From assembly GCA_965204375.1 (NCBI GenBank), contig OZ241986.1:768001-832000 (forward strand): a DNA stretch of 64,000 nt, read 5' to 3'. Under the pieces are notes generated by a model. The model was not told the origin of the DNA. It did no database searches and saw only the letters and a program-made list of their open reading frames with translations. Shown piece after piece: positions 59,552 to 64,000 of this stretch; the stretch's first letter is position 1, and each line of letters begins with the position of its first letter. The translations under genes were made by a program, and so were the position numbers. Origin of the DNA: Candidatus Latescibacterota bacterium. Its GTDB lineage: Bacteria > Latescibacterota > UBA2968.

Positions 59552-60838
59552 CTAATCTTCGAAATAGCCATCATTCAATTCATCAATATTATTCCGCAAT
59601 TTTTGGAACGCTTCGAGAATGAGGTCCATGTTTTCGCGCGGTCCGAGAAGAATGCGGTGCGTGAGATCAAGGGCTTCGGTTTCGTGAATGCGCTCGGCTT
59701 CGGGACAATAGACTCTGGTATAGTCGATGGGATCAGCCTGGTACAACGGGCAGCGGATTGGACAGCCTGTTTCGCCCCATTTGCCGCTGGCAAACATGCT
59801 AAATTGATAGAGGGGCTTTGTCGGGCCAATACCACAGGGCACGCCTTCGGCCTGGAGCGCTTTGCGGAATCGTTCGCGGTGGATGCCTTCAAATTCTTCG
59901 GAGATGAATTTGAAGTGCCAGCGATAGGGGTTCCAGCGGGTGACGCGCTCGTCAATGTCGAGGCCAGTGAGTCCGGGAATAGATTCCATTCCTTTGTGGA
60001 GATACTTGAGATTTTTCCACCGGATTTCTGCCTGTTCTTCGAGGCGGGTGAGTGCGATCAGGCCGATGGCCGCTTCAAATTCGCCCAGTCTTAGAGTTGT
60101 GGCAGGCCAGGTGAAGTTCAGGCTTTCTTCGCCTCTGTCTCGGCCTGCGTGATGATACCGAAAGGCTTTTTCGTACAGGCTTTCGTCTTTGGTCATCACC
60201 ACGCCGCCTTCGCCTATGGCGAGTACTTTGCCGGGCATGCAGGAGAAACCAGCGATGTCGGCGTGAGAACCCACGCCTTTGCCTCTCCATTGCCCGCCGT
60301 GCGCATGAGAACAGTCGCTGACCAGGCCGATATTGTGTTTGTGGCAGATGTCACTTAAAGCATCTGTATCGCAGGGCATGCCCCCCATATCTACGGCAAC
60401 CACTGCCCGGGTGCGCGGCGTGATGAGGGCTTCTACGCTTTTGGGGTCGATGGTGTAGTTGCGCGGGTCGATGTCGGCAAAGATGGGAATGCCATTGCAA
60501 ATCATGACGCAGGAAGCAGACGCAATATAAGTTGATGCAGGGACAATGACTTCACAGCCAGCTTCGACGCCGAGGGATCGCAAGCAGGTTTCGAGTGCTG
60601 TGGTGCCTGTGGAGACAGCAAGGGCGTATTTGCTGTCGTGAAATTCTGCAAAAGCCTGTTCGAATGCGTAGAGTTTGCTGTCGCCATGGTTGTAATAGTC
60701 AAAGCCACTGCGCCCCCATTTGTGACTGCGAAGGACGCCGACAACAGCTTTTTCTTCGCGTTCATCGTGAACCGGCCAGGGTTGGCGCAGGTCTTTGGTA
60801 ACCGTTTTTGAACCACCGTTGATTGCGAGTTCAGGCAT
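59552..60838 (-). CDS. DegT/DnrJ/EryC1/StrS aminotransferase
   Basis: LAINGG, GTTAL, DCSHAHG, FS...K....GEGG; start reassigned to the ATG at 60838. Confidence 0.9.
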   Translation of the reverse strand: MPELAINGGSKTVTKDLRQPWPVHDEREEKAVVGVLRSHKWGRSGFDYYNHGDSKLYAFEQAFAEFHDSKYALAVSTGTTALETCLRSLGVEAGCEVIVPASTYIASASCVMICNGIPIFADIDPRNYTIDPKSVEALITPRTRAVVAVDMGGMPCDTDALSDICHKHNIGLVSDCSHAHGGQWRGKGVGSHADIAGFSCMPGKVLAIGEGGVVMTKDESLYEKAFRYHHAGRDRGEESLNFTWPATTLRLGEFEAAIGLIALTRLEEQAEIRWKNLKYLHKGMESIPGLTGLDIDERVTRWNPYRWHFKFISEEFEGIHRERFRKALQAEGVPCGIGPTKPLYQFSMFASGKWGETGCPIRCPLYQADPIDYTRVYCPEAERIHETEALDLTHRILLGPRENMDLILEAFQKLRNNIDELNDGYFED

Positions 60839-62075
60839 TGAAGTGCTCCTGATGGGATGAATTATCGTGCAGTTTTGTGAGTAAGGTTTGTGTTTCGTCA
60901 ATCCAGCGTTCACCTGTGCCGGGAACAACGCAAGCGCGGTTGTATTCGAGTGGGTCACTTGGATAGGGGGTAACGCCGTAGCCACCGAAATTATACGCGC
61001 GGCGATTTGGTACATAGCCACATGAACCCTGGGAATAGCCCATGACAATCGTGCGTGCAAAGGGGGATGACGATTGGGTGGATAGGGATAGCTCGATGAA
61101 GGGTTCACCCTGCCAGAAGACGAGTGCCAGGTCGTCGCTTATGCGGATGGCGGGGATTTCGATTCGGATGTTTTTTTCGTTTGTGTATCGGTTGGGAAGC
61201 GTATCTTGCCAGCGCTCTACTTTAAGTGAAAGATTTTTTTCTGGCGTTGCTTGTGTCCAGGCAACGATGGCTTCTCTGGCGAGCGCTTTGCCCATTTCTT
61301 CGACCGTATCATAATTGTCTCTGGGTTCCTGAATCGGAAGTATGTTGCCACATGCCCCTTGTAGAAATATTGAGAAGGGTACAGATGTGCCTGCTTCAAA
61401 GTGGCGACGGGTTGCGCCGGGATATTCGGCGGTGAAGAGACGATTGGCGGTCATCATGATGACGGGATGAGCGGCAAAGTGGATTGCGGTCGCGATGGGT
61501 TGGCCATTGGGTGTGTCGAATCGCAGGACAGTGACTGCGGGGTCAACAGGGCCGTTGGGCAGTTTTTCGGGATTGAGGTTAAACGATTTAAAGCTTCCGT
61601 CGGGCAATATCTGGCGTCTGTTGTAGGCGAGGTCGGTGTTGACAGAGCCCGTTGAGAGTGTGGCGGGTTTAAAATTGGTTATAGACTCGACAGCAGCATC
61701 GACAACCTGCTTTCTTATGTGAACAATCGCATCATCTTCGGGGCTTCCGCCAAAGTAATAGATGCATTCTGGGCCACTGTGATTGTGGGTGCTACACAGG
61801 ATCAGGTTTTCGAGCGGAAGATCGGATTGTGCGGCAAAAGCATCGCGCATGGCATCGACGTCGATCCACTGAAAGCTCAGGAGATCTGCCGAGCAAATGA
61901 CGATAGTGGTCGTATCGTCAGATAGTGCCAGCGCTTTGACGTATAATGGGTCATGGATACCTTCTGCAATGCGAGGTTGCATGGGCGAGCGGTTTACGGG
62001 AAAAGCACCCATAGCCGATCCTGTAGATGGCGTGATGTCTCGTTGTGCAGTACCAATTTTTATTATATCTGCCAA
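60831..62075 (-). CDS. Neutral/alkaline ceramidase-like N-terminal domain protein
   Basis: DITP, HDPLYVKALAL, THNHSGP, NRR, FAAHP, QGACGN, GEPF. Confidence 0.78.
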   Translation of the reverse strand: MADIIKIGTAQRDITPSTGSAMGAFPVNRSPMQPRIAEGIHDPLYVKALALSDDTTTIVICSADLLSFQWIDVDAMRDAFAAQSDLPLENLILCSTHNHSGPECIYYFGGSPEDDAIVHIRKQVVDAAVESITNFKPATLSTGSVNTDLAYNRRQILPDGSFKSFNLNPEKLPNGPVDPAVTVLRFDTPNGQPIATAIHFAAHPVIMMTANRLFTAEYPGATRRHFEAGTSVPFSIFLQGACGNILPIQEPRDNYDTVEEMGKALAREAIVAWTQATPEKNLSLKVERWQDTLPNRYTNEKNIRIEIPAIRISDDLALVFWQGEPFIELSLSTQSSSPFARTIVMGYSQGSCGYVPNRRAYNFGGYGVTPYPSDPLEYNRACVVPGTGERWIDETQTLLTKLHDNSSHQEHFNA

Positions 62076-62156
62076 AGCTCAGATCTCCTATTTTGAATGT
62101 TCAAGAAATCCACACTGTTTTGTATTCGAACCATCTTCCTTCTGTTGAAACGCTAC

Positions 62157-63566
62157 TTAAAGCGTCATCGCATTCCACGGTTGTGTCGGATAATCCACCC
62201 ACTGTTTTGATCCGCGCTCAAACGCCCACCGATACTCAGCGATTGCGCCTGCTTGTAGTTCTGCAATTCGCGGTGAATGTGCCGGGTCATTTGCCAAATT
62301 CACAAACTCATACGGGTCTTCAGCAATGTGATAAAGCTCTGGTCCATAAGGTCCATGAATATATTTCCACTCCTGCGTGCGAATGCTCAGGCTCAAATCT
62401 CGCGGATACTGTAACTCCGTAATCGCCACCTTCCGTTCACGTTCACGACCTTCAACCAGCGCCTTCAAACTCATGCCGGGTAAATGCACGGGAATATCCA
62501 TTCCCGCAAAATCGAATGCTGTAGGTAGTACGTCCAATAGATTCACAAGTGAATCGCTCACAAAACCCGTTTGAAATCTCTTTGGCGGTTTCACAATGAA
62601 TGGGATGCGAATGGCCTGTTCGTAGAGATTGTATTTCGAAAATGCGGTCACGCCTCGCGATCCCAACAGTTCACCGTGGTCAGAAAGAAAAATGATCAGC
62701 GTGTCATCGTACAATCCATTGCGATCCAGGGCGTTTATCACTTGCTGATGGCATCGGTCGCAGGCCGTGACAAAAGCCATGTAATTTGCAATCGCATCTC
62801 GTAGTTCTTCTCGCTCTAATCCGACAAAATTGGGATAGGCATTCCGATCGGGTAAATTATCCGGCGGTTCAGGTGGTAATACAACGTCAGCAGGGTCGTA
62901 TAAATCTGCCAAATTAGCTGGTGTTACATGAGGTGCATGAGGCCCTGACAAACTGCAAATCATGAAAAACGGATTGTCCTTGTTTTCTTCCACAAAGGCA
63001 GCAGCCCGTTCTCCAACCCACCAGTCGCGCGTTTGCTCTAACCTCAAGCTGGTCGTAAATCCCTTAAATGCCGCCGCACAATTGTCTCCGCCCTGACCAA
63101 TCCCACGCGTTTCCCGCTCGCCCATCCCCATCTCTACCCAATCCCGATGTTCCGCCACAAAATGGCTGTCCATACGCTCGCCCGTCTCGTGAAACGGTCC
63201 TGCCCGATGATCAAATCCGTAATAGTTGTCGCGTTTAATAGCCGCCTGATACGGTATTGTATGCATCTTGCCAAAGGCACCCGTTACAAAACCCGCCTGC
63301 CCAAACGCCTTTCCCATTGTCCACTCGGGGATTTGTGCAGGATCCAGTAAATGCCGATTGGAATAAATCCCTGACTGAAATGCATATCGCCCGTGCAACA
63401 TCGAATGGCGACTCGGCAAACACGGGGATACGGCACACGTTGCCTGCGTAAACCGAATGCCCTCCTGAGCCAAACGATCATACGCTGGCGTCTGCAACTC
63501 CGGATAACCCGCACATCCGAGAAAGGCATGCGCGTGTTGATCGTTCATTAAAACCACAACATTCAT
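62157..63566 (-). CDS. Sulfatase (Cys-type)
   Basis: CLPSR, GKMH, PHAP, SDHG; AGGAGG RBS. Confidence 0.9.
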   Translation of the reverse strand: MNVVVLMNDQHAHAFLGCAGYPELQTPAYDRLAQEGIRFTQATCAVSPCLPSRHSMLHGRYAFQSGIYSNRHLLDPAQIPEWTMGKAFGQAGFVTGAFGKMHTIPYQAAIKRDNYYGFDHRAGPFHETGERMDSHFVAEHRDWVEMGMGERETRGIGQGGDNCAAAFKGFTTSLRLEQTRDWWVGERAAAFVEENKDNPFFMICSLSGPHAPHVTPANLADLYDPADVVLPPEPPDNLPDRNAYPNFVGLEREELRDAIANYMAFVTACDRCHQQVINALDRNGLYDDTLIIFLSDHGELLGSRGVTAFSKYNLYEQAIRIPFIVKPPKRFQTGFVSDSLVNLLDVLPTAFDFAGMDIPVHLPGMSLKALVEGRERERKVAITELQYPRDLSLSIRTQEWKYIHGPYGPELYHIAEDPYEFVNLANDPAHSPRIAELQAGAIAEYRWAFERGSKQWVDYPTQPWNAMTL

Positions 63567-63591
63567 AACCATCCTCCTGAAAGTCGAGCGA

Positions 63592-64000
63592 TCAGTAAAT
63601 ATATCGTACCCGCCTGAACTCACCGAGCATCGGGTCCTTTACGCGTTCCATGTGATCTTGCATATATTGCATCAGCGATTCCTGCAACGCCTTGTGTGTC
63701 TCGAGACCGAAGAGGTTGTGCAGTTCGTGCGGATCGTTTTTGAGATCATAGAGTTCTCCGATATCCGATTGATTAAACACAAACTTGTGTGTCCTGGTGC
63801 GCACCATACGAGACTTGTGCTCCTGAATCTGACCGTTGAACTGACAATACACGCTGTCACGTCCCGTCGGTTCATCCTCTCCCATCAACAGCGAAAGAAT
63901 GCTCTGCGTGTCGGGTACAATATCGGGTTGCAGACCTGCGACTTCCAAAAAACTCGGAAACAGATCCTGTAGATAGACAAATTCGTCGTTCTCCCGGCCC
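63592..64000 (-). CDS. Sulfatase C-terminal part (starts outside window)
   Basis: DLFPSFLEVAG, RMVRT, ELYDLKNDPHELHNL. Confidence 0.82.
   Translation of the reverse strand, partial: GRENDEFVYLQDLFPSFLEVAGLQPDIVPDTQSILSLLMGEDEPTGRDSVYCQFNGQIQEHKSRMVRTRTHKFVFNQSDIGELYDLKNDPHELHNLFGLETHKALQESLMQYMQDHMERVKDPMLGEFRRVRYIY

Noticed and set aside
59552-61108. 518-aa extended aminotransferase; likewise long N-extensions on ORFs 1410-2453, 21813-22556, 47211-47828 and 62157-63623
   Set aside because: The extensions overlap neighbouring genes; downstream starts fit family N-termini and, in most cases, an RBS better.
52644-62075. Decarboxylase + dioxygenase + DegT aminotransferase as a biosynthetic gene cluster
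   Set aside because: No scaffold-forming enzyme, interleaved unrelated genes and apparent composition differences; adjacency looks incidental.
1-64000. Canonical integron (intI, attI, full attC array)
   Set aside because: No tyrosine recombinase, most spacers are too short for attC, and no complete RYYYAAC...GTTRRRY hairpin was found by eye.

Overview
This is a bacterial accessory-type region with no housekeeping, rRNA, tRNA or CRISPR features that I can support. About 60 of roughly 65 genes or gene fragments lie on the minus strand, packed with very short spacers. They are functionally unrelated: 9 sulfatase-family genes, 3 PhyH dioxygenases, 5 GNATs, 5 SAM methyltransferases, AAC(3), an APH-like kinase, serine hydrolases, 2 complete toxin-antitoxin (TA) pairs plus one orphan antitoxin, MsrP, a DUF1552/DUF1592 pair, and an aromatic amino acid decarboxylase. 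The content suggests a Poribacteria/Latescibacteria/PVC-like organism (inference only). A complete IS1380-family element (17293-19023, 4-bp target duplication) splits a serine hydrolase gene, and an IS200 tnpA stub is present. Two signals stand out. (i) A ~185-bp promoter + RBS + first-7-codon module (MLRVSDP) is duplicated in front of two unrelated genes. (ii) Many spacers consist of recognisable 5' and 3' stubs of other genes, so the array looks like gene-sized fragments stitched together or pruned by deletion, with no integrase or intact attC site in view. All family names come from motif recognition, not database searches.
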